Shown: positions 14,301 to 25,555 of the stretch, in pieces
How the letters are laid out: each line of letters begins with the position of its first letter
Position numbering within the stretch: position 1 is the stretch's first letter
Origin: Hormiphora californensis
Taxonomy: Eukaryota; Animalia; Ctenophora
Assembly: GCA_020137815.1 (NCBI GenBank)
Contig: CM035351.1
Location: forward strand, 124,001-188,000
Direction of reading: 5' to 3'
DNA: 64,000 nucleotides
Translations under genes and position numbers: made by a program
Notes under the pieces: generated by a model
What the model was told of the DNA's origin: nothing
The model's database searches: none
What the model saw: the letters and a program-made list of their open reading frames with translations, nothing else

Positions 14301-17300
14301 TGTTCACATATCCTCTGGCCGGCCATCAGCTGTTTGCAGTTTGTGTCCTAATTGTTCACATATCCTCTGGCCGGCCATCAGCTGTTTGCAGTTTGTGTCC
14401 TAATTGTTCACGATATCCTCTGGCCGGCCATCAGCTGTTTGCAGTTTGTGTCCTAATTGTTCACATATCCTCTGGCCGGCCATCAGCTGTTTGCAGTTTG
14501 TGTCCTAATTGTTCACATATCCTCTGGCCGGCCATCAGCTGTTTGCAGTTTGTGTCCTAATTGTTCACATATCCTCTGGCCGGCCATCAGCTGTTTGCAG
14601 TTTGTGTCCTAATTGTTCACATATCCTCTGGCCGGCCATCAGCTGTTTGCAGTTTGTGTCCTAATTGTTCACATATCCTCTGGCCGGCCATCAGCTGTTT
14701 GCAGTTTGTGTCCTAATTGTTCACATATCCTCTGGCCGGCCATCAGCTGTTTGCAGTTTGTGTCCTAATTGTTCACATATCCTCTGGCCGGCCATCAGCT
14801 GTTTGCAGTTTGTGTCCTAATTGTTCACATATCCTCTGGCCGGCCATCAGCTGTTTGCAGTTTGTGTCCTAATTGTTCACATATCCTCTGGCCGGCCATC
14901 AGCTGTTTGCAGTTTGTGTCCTAATTGTTCACATATCCTCTGGCCGGCCATCAGCTGTTTGCAGTTTGTGTCCTAATTGTTCACATATCCTCTGGCCGGC
15001 CATCAGCTGTTTGCAGTTTGTGTCCTAATTGTTCACATATCCTCTGGCCGGCCATCAGCTGTTTGCAGTTTGTGTCCTAATTGTTCACATATCCTCTGGC
15101 CGGCCATCAGCTGTTTGCAGTTTGTGTCCTAATTGTTCACATATCCTCTGGCCGGCCATCAGCTGTTTGCAGTTTGTGTCCTAATTGTTCACATATCCTC
15201 TGGCCGGCCATCAGCTGTTTGCAGTTTGTGTCCTAATTGTTCACATATCCTCTGGCCGGCCATCAGCTGTTTGCAGTTTGTGTCCTAATTGTTCACATAT
15301 CCTCTGGCCGGCCATCAGCTGTTTGCAGTTTGTGTCCTAATTGTTCACATATCCTCTGGCCGGCCATCAGCTGTTTGCAGTTTGTGTCCTAATTGTTCAC
15401 ATATCCTCTGGCCGGCCATCAGCTGTTTGCAGTTTGTGTCCTAATTGTTCACATATCCTCTGGCCGGCCATCAGCTGTTTGCAGTTTGTGTCCTAATTGT
15501 TCACATATCCTCTGGCCGGCCATCAGCTGTTCACCGTGTTCCAGTTTCCCTAAAAAATATCAAATTCTATCATTCCCTCATATAACTCTTCGTATTTGAA
15601 AACCTGGTTGTAAAATACACGTGAAGGTTGTAAAATACACGTGAAGGTTGTAAAATACACGTGAAGGTTGTAAAATACACGTGAAGGTTGTAAAATACAC
15701 GTGAAGGTTGTAAAATACACGTGAAGGTTGTAAAATACACGTGAAGGTTGTAAAATACACGTGAAGGTTGTAAAATACACGTGAAGGTTGTAAAATACAC
15801 GTGAAGGTTGTAAAATACACGTGAAGTACATAACTATTTTTCTTATTTCCCGAGTGACAAAGTAATTACCCTGAAACTACCAACTCTCTTTCTCTCTTCA
15901 ACTTTATAACCCTCCATGAGGGTAAAAATGTCTCAAATACTTCAGGCTATAATAACTACCTGGTAGTTACTACCAGGTTATAGTTACTATACCTCGGTAA
16001 TATACCAATTCTTGGTGTTCGAAGGAAATAGCGCTAATTAGCGATTTTAGGAGCGCTAATTAGCGCTAATTAGCGCTATTTAAGATTTCGATATTTATAA
16101 AAAGTGTTAGAAGCGCTAAAAATAGCGCTATTTTATAAAATAGCGCTATTTGTGACCGCTAATTAGCGCTAATTAGCGGTCACAAATAGCGGTAATTAGC
16201 GGTAGCGCTATTTTAGCGCTTTTTGCACTTAAAAATAGCGCTATTTTAGTAGAAAAATAGCGGTTCTAAATTTTGTGTTAATTTCAAATTTGATAACACC
16301 GCTATTCAAATAGCGGTCCTAAAAATTTTGAAATAGCGCTATTTAAGAGACATCGCTATTTGACGTATCTAAGCCATGATTGGTTGGCGTTGATCACGTG
16401 ATTAAATAAATCCTTATGATTGGTCAAAATCTGTAACCGCTAATTAGCGCCATTTCTTAAAGATTAGCTATTTTTATTTACAAATTAGCGCTAATTAGCG
16501 CTAATTAGCGCTATTAACAATATGAAAATACCGCTAACTAGCGCTAATAAGCGCTAAATAGCGCTAATTAGCGCTATCAACAATTTGTAAATAGCGCTAA
16601 TTAGCGCTATTAATACAATATATGTATATTACTTTGTTAATAGCGCTAATTAGTGCTAATTAGCGCTATTAATAAAATAGGAAATGTTTAAGTTGGTATT
16701 AGCGCTAATAAGCGCTAATTAGCGCTATTAATAATATGCAAATAGCGCTAGTTAGCGCTTATTAGCGCTTATTAGCGCTAACTAGCGCTATTTGCAAAAT
16801 ATTAATAGCGCTAATTAGTGCTAACTAGCGCTATTAACAAAATAATAAATGTTTAGGTTGATAATAGCGCTAATTAGCGCTAATTAGCGCTAATTAGCGA
16901 TTATAAAAATAGCGCTAATTAACGCTATTTTTCGTCACATGACAGGATTTTTGTCACGTGACATACATTATCCAATCATAGCGTTTTCTATATTTTGATA
17001 AAATTGGAAATAGCGCTAATTAGCGGTTCGAACAAAATTAATTGAGAATGTTAATAGCGCTAATTAGCGCTAATTAGCGCTGATTAGCGCTATTTTTGTA
17101 AGTGTTAATAGCGCTATTTTTTTAGAAAAATTGCACGATTAGCGGTTACAAAAAGCGCTAAAATAGCGCTACCGCTAATTACCGCTTTTTTGATCGCTAA
17201 TTAGCGCTAATTAGCGGTCAAAAATAGCGCTATTTTGTGAAATAGCGCTATTATTAGCGCTATTAGCGCTATCGATAAATAGCGCTATCGCTAATTAGCG

Positions 17301-20300
17301 CTAATTAGCGCTATTAAAACCGCTAATTAGCGCTATTTCCTTCGAACACCAAGAATTGGTATATTACCTATACCTCTTACTCTCTTAATGAACAACATTC
17401 CAGGACAAATTCATATCTCTCTCCAGACTACCACCTCTATAATAGCCCTCTCTTTCTTTCTCCCTCCAACAAAAACCACCCCCCTCAGGGCAACTACTTC
17501 CCAATGCCCTCGATGGCGTTCATCCAAGATCCCTCACGGCGCCTAACCATACTGGCCACTGAACCCCACGGAGCTGCCTCGTTATTTGAAGGTACGTGTC
17601 GACTCTGTAATCTAGTACTCGTAGTATGGACTCTGTAGTATGGTTATCTGCAGCAGTGGCGCCTATCTGAGCGCACTGTCGGAATCAAAACGGCCGGTCT
17701 GGTAGTTCAAGTTATCCAGACCAGTTTATCTGCAATATGGAAACCTTTAATTGGATATCGCTGTGACGTAAAAGGAACACTTTAATCTGGTTATGTAGTG
17801 ATTCGAATTAACTAACGGGTGATAACTAAAAGATGTCACAAATTTAAAACAGCTGTATAATTTTTCCCTTATGAGATACAGCTTCGGGCTAGTTATAGAA
17901 CGATTTTTCAGACAATTTTGAATCGGAATAGTATACCGGCAAAACCTAAAAAGTTCATTTTTATTGCGATATCTGATCATTTCATCTTATCCCACCAAAG
18001 CATGTAGTACGGAGATTTGAAACTTCTATGTGATCAGAAATAGCTTTTCCGATGAGATAAAATTCTAATAATTGGAGGTTTGGTTGTTCATGCTATAGTC
18101 AACATAACTGCCAAGTTTGAACATTTTAGCTCATTAAGAAATTGGTTTTCACGGTCATTAATGTTTCAAGAGATCGTCGAAATGGCGATTTCTCAAATTA
18201 CCTGTAAACTACGCTTTGTTACAGAAGATTCTGATCAGGATATTGAGATTTATGAAGTTTGAAACAGCGTTAATTTCGTTCAAAATTGTCTGATAAATCA
18301 TTCTATCACTGTCCCGAAGCTGAATCTTGAACAGAACAGGTGCTAGAGGTGCTAGAAAAGTGTGTAAATTTCACGTACTAAATGCTTTGGTGGGGCAAAA
18401 GGAAATGATGTGATATCGCAATGAAAACGAACTTTTTAGTCTTTGCCAGTATATTATTCCGATTCAAAATTGTCTGAAAAATCGTTTTATAACTGGCCCG
18501 AAGCTGTATCTCAAAAGGGAAAAATTCTACAGCTGTTTTAAATTTGTGACATCTTTTAGTTATCACCCGTTAGCAGAACTAGCTTAGTGTTAGCACGATA
18601 AATAGTTTCCTAGAATCTCCAGGGTATGCAGTTTAAAATATAGCCAGCTGATTCTTCTGGGTAAAGAAGCCGCTATGTATTCTAGTTGTTAGTGTATTCT
18701 AATCATTAATGTTCCCAGGTAGTATAGAGGTGATGTTGGATCGAATGACACCTAAAGATGATAAAAGAGGGTTAGCAGGAGGACTGAATGGTAACCTAGC
18801 AACCCCTGGAAAACTCAGGCTGCTGTTAGAGAAGCGGAACCAAGTGGTGAACACTGAGAGAGATGAAGGGGGGTCTACAGGAGGAGGAGATGGGGAGGCT
18901 GAAGGGGGGTCTACAGGAGGAGGAGATGGGGAGGCTGAAGGGGGGTCTACAGGAGGAGATGGGGAGGCTGAAGGGGGGTCTACAGGAGGAGGAGATGGGG
19001 AGTATGGGTATACAGTAGAGTTCCCCTCTCAACTCAGCCATCTAGTTCAACAGTCGCTCTTACATCATCCCTACCTCTCCTTCTCTAAACGTGAACACCA
19101 CCCTCCTAACTCCGAACAAGACCACTCTTTGGAAGGGGTTGGACTACTGCAGCCGCTTCCTGACCCTTTATACTCCGAACAACGCCTTCCTCAACCCGTC
19201 CAGCTAATGTAAGAACCACAATTATATCTATTCATTTGATACATAACCTATAGTCAGTCACCTTGTAAAACACGTTTTCAAGCTATTATGAAACCCGATA
19301 GTTGATTTATCAGTCGTTTGAACATTTTACGCGCACACGTTAACTGCGAGATGGGGGATTTAACACCCTGCTCGCTCTTTATTTAGTTATCAGACCAGTG
19401 CCCATTTTCAGGCAATTTTGCATTTGCGGGCATCGCACTATAGACGCAGTACCCACGTACTATAGACGCATTATAAACGCATTATAGACGCATTATAGAC
19501 GCATTATAGACACACGCAATATAGACGCAATTTCGTAAGCAGCACTATAGACGCAATATAGACGCATTATAACAGCAATATAAACGCATTTTTATAGACG
19601 CAACGCAGTATAGCCGCATTATAGGCGCACTACCCACCCCAAAATCACCTTATAGACGCACTATTGACGCATTATAGACTGACTATAGCAGCACCATAAA
19701 CGCTACATAGAACCATATAGACGCATGATAGAAGCATTATAGACGCAAATCGCTTTTTATAGACGCCGCGTCTATAAAAAACGTGCTTTTTTAAGAAGCA
19801 CTATAGACGTACTCCAGGCTACAGTGCGATATTTGAGGCGCAGTTGGGCGTTTTATAAACGCATTTTTGTCGCATATAAAAGGAAGCAGTATAGACGCAT
19901 TATAGACGCAGTATAGCCGCATATTGTGTGCGAAATGGATAAAGACGCGATATAGACGCAAAATAAGAAGGAGAGGGAGGGAGAGAGAGGGAGGGAGGGA
20001 GGGAGGTGAGCGGAGGAGAGGGAAAGGGGGAGGGAGGGATACAGGGACAGAGTGAGAGACAGAGACAGACGGGTAAAGACCTGAGACAGACGGACAGAGT
20101 AAGATGGAGAGAGAGTAAGATGGAGAGAGAGTGAGATAGGGGCGGAGTGAGACAGAAAAAGACAGAGATGGAAACAAACGGACAGGGACAGACGGACGGA
20201 CGGACAAACACGCGCTTACTATCTCCCTCTCTCTCTATCTTAATCTCTCTCCCTCTGACTCTGTCCGTCTGTCTTAGATCTTTGTCCATCTGTCTAGTGT

Positions 20301-23300
20301 CTCTGTCTGATCTGTCTCTGCATCCCTCCCTCTCTCCATCTTTCCCTCTCCTTCCCTCTCCCTCCCTCCCTCTCTCCATCTGTCTCTGCATCTGATCTGT
20401 CTCTGTATCCCTCCCTCTCTCCCTCTTTCCCTCTCCTTCCCTCTCCCTCCCTCCCTTTTGCGTCTATATTGCGTCTTTATATACCCTGCTAACTTAAATA
20501 ATGCGCCAGTGGCGAGAAGTCCCACTAGCGCGCTCTCGATAACCAGCCAGTCCAGCGGCAGATTATTTCCCACTGGCAGGTTATTTATTTTTAACTCCTA
20601 TGTTACATTCAAAGTGTGTGTAAATGATCAGTTCTTACTGAAATACAGAGGGAACACTGTTTGGAAGAGTTACACACTAAATTGGAGAGAAAGAAACAAC
20701 ACATTCCGCCAATTACTCTCTCTTTATCTTCCCTTTTGTTTCACTATCTCAATTCCTCTGTGTTATGTCTGGCATGCCCCATATCTTGTTATTTCTTTCT
20801 CTCTCTCCTTAGTAACTGTTACCAAACAATGTACACTCAATTGAGAGATGTTTTTGACTGTTTCTCAGTTCTCTTTGTGTGTTTTGATTAGTGTTCTCTC
20901 TCTTGTTAGTGTGTAATACTTGTAACAAACAACTAAAGCAGGGTATATAACCTATAAACTCTTGCCACAGACGCGTTATAGGTTTAAACCCCTCCGCCTC
21001 TCCCTCGGCTACGCCTCGGGATCGTCGTCGTGATTTAAACCAGTTTATCCGCCAGTGGCGGATAAACTACAGCTACCTTCTCCCAGCGTCGCGCTGGGAG
21101 AAAGGTATCTGAAATAACGCGCCACTGGCAAGAGTTTATGCCTCATATATCGATTTCGCACACATGCGGCTATACTGCGTCTATAATGCGTCTATACTGC
21201 TTATTTTTATATGCAACAAAAATGCGTTTATAGTTCGCCCAACTGCGCCTCAAATATGGCAGCGTGCGTCTGAGTACGTCTATAGCGCTTCTTAAAAAAG
21301 CACGTTTTTTATAGACGCGGCGTCTATAAAAAGCGATTTGCGTCTATAATGCTTCTATCATGCGTCTATATGGGTCTATGTAGCGTTTATGGTGCTGCTA
21401 TAGTCAGTCTATAATGCGTCTATAGTGCGTCTATAAGGTGATTTTGGGGTGGGTAGTGCGCCTATAATGCGGCTATACTGCGTCGCGTCTATAAAAATGC
21501 GTTTATATTGCTGTTATAATGCTGTTATAATGCGCGCATATGCGTCTATATCACTGCACTGGCAAGTGCCCCGTGGCCTCAGGGGGGTCTGGGGGCACAG
21601 CCCCCAGCATTAAAAATATCCCCAGTCATAACAAAACATGACTCTGAAACAATTAAGTCCGGCGCGAGAAGTACATTTACCTCCCCCCCCCCCCCATTGG
21701 GGGCCAGTGCAGTATACCATACGGATGCGACAAACGCCCTTTTTGAGCGCCTGTTTGACCATGTTCCCGATAAGCTAGCGAGCTGAAATTTTGTAGTTAT
21801 AAGTACCTCTACCATTACTGTTAGTGATATAAATTTCAAGTTGATCGGTCGTTTCGTTCAAAAGTTACGAGGGGGGTCCCAAACACACCCTGTGTAGACA
21901 CTATACATACATACAAGGCACGACCATTTTGCAAACATTCGCCTGGAAAAACGGCTAAAGCTAGAGCCCTGAAATTTTAAACTTAGGTTACTCTAGTTAT
22001 TCTGTGTGTCATAAAGTATGTGGCATCTTGATTGAAGATCATTAAGTCATTAATTCTGCATAATTTATGTATGAATTTATGAATATCTCGGTTATGACTC
22101 ATACTAGAGAGAAATCAACGGTTCTAACCGACGCAAAATATTCGATTTATGGGGGGTCTTACTCGGGACAATTTTCTCTAACTTTTACCGTTAAGGAGTT
22201 ATATGCGCATAATTATGACAATATGCATATCTGAATATCTCAAGTTCTACTTATGATAGCGGCTTTTCATTGGTCGCATTAGACGGAGAATAGTCAATTT
22301 ATGGGGGGTCTTCCCCCGGACAAAAAGTCATATCTTGCACCGTTTAGCCGTTATTCGCATATTTATGCACCAATTCATGATTTATGCATTTTCTGAATAT
22401 CTCAAGTTCTACTTATGATAGCGGCTTTTCATTGGTCGCATTGGACGGAGAATAGTCGATTTATGGGGGGTCGTCCCCCGGACAAAAAGTCATATCTTGC
22501 ACCGTTTAGCCGTTATTCGCATATTTATGCACCAATTCATGATTTATGCATTTTCTGAATATTTCCACTTCAGCTGGTCCTAAAAAGTTTTCATGGACAT
22601 ATTTCGACGCAAAATGGTCGATTTATGGGGGGTCGTCCCCCGGACAAAAAGTCGTATCTCCCACCGTTTAGCCGTTATTTGCATATTTATGCGCCGATTC
22701 ATGATTTTGTGCATATTCTGAATATTTCCACTTCAGCTGGTCCTAGAAAGTTTTCATGGACATATTTCGACGCAGAATGGTCGATTTATGGGGGGTCGTC
22801 CCCCGGACAAAAAGTCGTATCTCCCACCGTTTAGCCGTTATTTGCATATTTATGCGCCGATTCATGATTTTGTGCATATTCTGAATATTTCCACTTCAGC
22901 TGGTCCTAGAAAGTTTTCATGGACATATTTCGACGCAGAATGGTCGATTTATGGGGGGTCGTCCCCCGGACAAAAAGTCGTATCTCCCACCGTTTAGCCG
23001 TTATTTGCATATTTATGCGCCGATTCATGATTTAGTGCATATTCTGAATATTTCCACTTCAGCTGGTCCTAGAAAGTTTTCATGGACATATTTCGACGCA
23101 GAATGGTCGATTTATGGGGGGTCGTCCCCCGGACAAAAAGTCGTATCTCGCACCGTTTAGCCGTTATTTGCATATTTATGTGCCGATTCTTGATTTTATG
23201 AATATTCTGAATTTTTCGACTTCAGCTGGTCCTAGAATGTTTGTAAGGACATATGTCAACGCAGAATGATCGATTTAAGGGGGGTCGTCCCCCGGACAAA

Positions 23301-25084
23301 AAGTCGTATCTCGCACCGTTTAGCCGTTATTTGCATATTTATGCGCCGATTAATGATTTTATGAATATTCTGAATATTTCCACTTCAGCTGGTCCTAGAA
23401 TGTTTTCATGAACATATTTTGACGCAGAATGGTCGAATTATGGGGGGTCGTTCCCCGGACAAAAAGTCGTATCTCGCACCGTTTAGCCGTTATTTGCATA
23501 TTTATGCGGGAATTGCACCCTTCGTCAGAGCAAGACGTGTGGAAGAGTGAGACAGAGAATGTGCGTGTGTTAGAACTTAGAGAGAGATGGCACAACAATA
23601 CCTAGTAGCTCAGATTATGGGTGCATTTCCCGCAGCGTCAAGTATCGACAAAAGGCCACGGGTTTTCCAAACAAATTTCTTTTGTTTTTTGGTCTAGTTG
23701 CGTCTATAGTGCTGCTTGCGAAATTGCGTCTATATTGCGTGTGTCTATAATGCGTCTATAATGCGTTTATAATGCGTTTATAATGCGTCTATAGTACGTG
23801 GGTACTGCGTCTATAGTGCGATGCCCGCAAATGCAAAATTGCCCCATTTTCACGCGTTTCTCTTCATTTCCATAACATGCGTGTAAATTTCCAAGTAATG
23901 AAAATGTGTGTAAACACACAGTTCTGTCAACAAAAGAAAAGGGAAACATGTCTGCAACACGTTTCCTTGTTATCTCTCTCATAAGGAGTGAAAAGAATCA
24001 CATTCCATTCATTTCTCTCTCTCATTGTCTCTTTTACTGTTCATTACCTCTGACAGTGTGTATTGCCCCTAATCTTTCTCTCTCTTTCTCAAACATGTTA
24101 GGAACAGTAGACACTAAGTCTACACACATTTTCAGGGTATCTGTTGACTATTTACCAGCAGTTCTAGTGTGTTTCACCTTGTGTTGTGTCTCTTATTTGT
24201 GTGTAATTACTATCGGGTTTCATAAAATATGAACGTTTGTTAGCCTATCGCGTTATAGGTTTAAATCACCTCCCCCTCACCCTCGGCTGGCGCCTCGGGA
24301 TCGGAGTCGGGATTTAAACCAGTTTAATCGCCCTGCCGGGCGATTAAACTCCAGTTGGCTGTCCCCAGCTCGCGCTGGGAACAGCCAACTTCATAACGCG
24401 CCAGTCTACAAACGTTCATACTTCATACATCTGTACCCCTTCTTCTTCTATGTGAAGTGTGAACTGTGAACTATGTGTGAACTATGTGTGAACTATGTGT
24501 GAACTATGTGTGAACTATGTGTGAACTATGTGTGAACTATGTGTGAACTATAACATAATGTGAACACCTTTCAGGGGTAAATTCCCGTGTGATAAGGAGC
24601 TGGTAAATTTGAGGTATGTTAATCCAGGAAAGAGTTTCATGGTGACCCGTACATTGGGATCTTCCTGTACCATGGACCTGAACCATTGCAGCCATGATAT
24701 TACCCAGGTACTAAAACATGTGTATAATTACCTGAACACCTGAACAACGTGCTGTTTTTCACTAAACTAATCTCCCTACTAACTAGATTACCCCTCTTGC
24801 AACTCCCCTAATACAACTAATCTCTAGCTTATAACTAATCTCTATCACAGGTTGTGGATGACAGTACTTTCTTGGTAGATGGGGGAGTAACAATCTCACC
24901 TCCCCACCTCTTTTCACCTTTCTACCAAGACACACAAACAGGGCATGAAGCAGGGCCCATGGAGCTGGAATGCAGAACTGTTTCCTTCCCTGTACCCCCT
25001 ACCACACTGCCCCCTATAGCCCCTCCAGCCGGGGAAGGGGATGATACTGAACATGGGGAAAATGAGGAGGGGGAGATTGTGTAA
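8324..25084 (+). CDS. MAN2A: Golgi alpha-mannosidase II-like (GH38), 5'-partial multi-exon gene. Exons approx. 8324-8354, 8867-9076, 9613-9657, 9925-10028, 10887-10967, 11240-11386, 11657-11876, 11960-12069, 12201-12499, 12607-12720, 12887-13053, 17489-17591, 18719-19208, 24575-24707, 24851-25084(stop)
   Basis: Phase-compatible GT-AG exons give the GH38/MAN2A motifs in order: [91 protein letters not shown]. Confidence 0.92.
9245..9380. repeat. Short intronic minisatellite (~60-bp unit built from TGGTAATGTG subunits)
   Basis: Repeated GATGTTGTGGTAATGTGCAACACTGCAACA / GTAATGTGCACCA units. Confidence 0.85.
10038..10105. mobile_element. 68-bp interspersed-repeat insertion flanked by a 21-bp direct duplication
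   Basis: TTACGCAGATAGGTGTGTTCA at 10017-10037 and 10106-10126 flanks AGTAAACAACCAATCAGAGCTCGTTATTTAGGTCACGTGACTGG... Confidence 0.7.
13182..15530. repeat. 52-bp tandem satellite, ~45 copies, intronic
   Basis: Unit CAGCTGTTTGCAGTTTGTGTCCTAATTGTTCACATATCCTCTGGCCGGCCAT. Confidence 0.97.
15606..15825. repeat. 20-bp minisatellite, ~11 copies
   Basis: Unit GGTTGTAAAATACACGTGAA. Confidence 0.95.
15996..17368. mobile_element. Non-autonomous foldback/MITE-like DNA transposon rich in TAGCGCTA palindromes (possibly Merlin-type)
   Basis: TIR GGTAATATACCAATTCTTGGTGTTCGAAGGAAATAGCGC.../...GCGCTATTTCCTTCGAACACCAAGAATTGGTATATTACC; 8-bp TSD TATACCTC at 15988-15995 and 17369-17376. Confidence 0.9.
17813..18572. 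mobile_element. TIR element, TAACGGGTG family, copy 1
   Basis: Termini TAACGGGTGATAACTAAAAGATGTCAC / GTGACATCTTTTAGTTATCACCCGTTA; related to 26233-27000. Confidence 0.85.
18863..19001 (+). repeat. In-frame coding minisatellite (36-bp unit, [12 protein letters not shown] x~4) in a mannosidase exon
   Basis: Repeat lies inside open exon 18719-19208; one unit is 33 bp, preserving frame. Confidence 0.85.
20481..21147. mobile_element. Unclassified structured non-autonomous element nested in foldback copy 1
   Basis: Interrupts the arm consensus GCGTCTTTAT^CGATTTCGC seen in copies 2 and 3; internal inverted repeats; 3' part resembles 24230-24428. Confidence 0.65.
21551..23697 (+). mobile_element. 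Non-autonomous Helitron-like element nested in foldback copy 1
   Basis: A|TC...CTAG|T boundaries; removal restores the arm consensus TCTATA-TTGCGTC with no TSD; subterminal inverted repeat CCCGTGGCCT (~21570) / AGGCCACGGG (~23653). Confidence 0.8.
22140..23510. repeat. ~163-bp tandem array inside the Helitron-like element
   Basis: Near-identical ORFs at 22625, 22788 and 22951 are spaced 163 bp apart; flanking units are diverged. Confidence 0.92.
24462..24551. repeat. 11-bp minisatellite just upstream of an acceptor site
   Basis: Unit GTGAACTATGT. Confidence 0.9.
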
Positions 25085-25555
25085 TTGTTGCATGCGGGAC
25101 TAATTTATTTAATTTTTATTTGCAGTTTGGAAGGGTTAGTTTTAGTTTTACATTTATCCCAAGATTTTATTTGTTCACATACAGTTGCTGTGTGTATGTC
25201 ATGATACACGGTGCATCAGAATTGAGTCATGATCAAACTCCACTCATTTTAATTGCAAAAACTTTTGCGAGTTTATTAGCATGACATTAATTGCTCCGCA
25301 ATCTTTCCGTGATGAGGGTAAGAAATTAACATACGAAATTAATCTATTTAAAAGGAAATGTTGCTCCGCTATACTTTGATGTTGATAATATCTATTAATT
25401 AATTAATTAGTCAACTTAAAATATACCCCAATTTGTTGGAACCAGGGTACGTTGGTCCCAAATAATATTTGCATCGATAATGTACATCTTGTTTAATATT
25501 GTTAATCAACAAGTTTAATGCTAATCGATAATGTACTGTTAATAGCCACATTATA

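Larger units (their letters stand above)
19411..23843. mobile_element. Foldback-type transposon copy 1 (long TIR arms with TATAGACGCA subrepeats, GA/CT-rich centre) carrying nested insertions
   Basis: Termini GGCAATTTTGCATTTGCGGGCATCGCAC / GTGCGATGCCCGCAAATGCAAAATTGCC; 9-bp TSD CCATTTTCA at 19402-19410 and 23844-23852. Confidence 0.92.

Noticed and set aside
13125-15831. ORFs in the 52-bp and 20-bp arrays
   Set aside because: Translations of stop-poor tandem repeats inside an intron
19791-20573. Ser/Leu/Pro- and Arg/Glu-rich ORFs (also 27149-27507, 35760-36303, 58982-59491)
   Set aside because: Products of CT/GA microsatellite-like sequence
22625-23160. Three identical 69-aa ORFs as tandem genes
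   Set aside because: They follow the 163-bp repeat period and overlap each other
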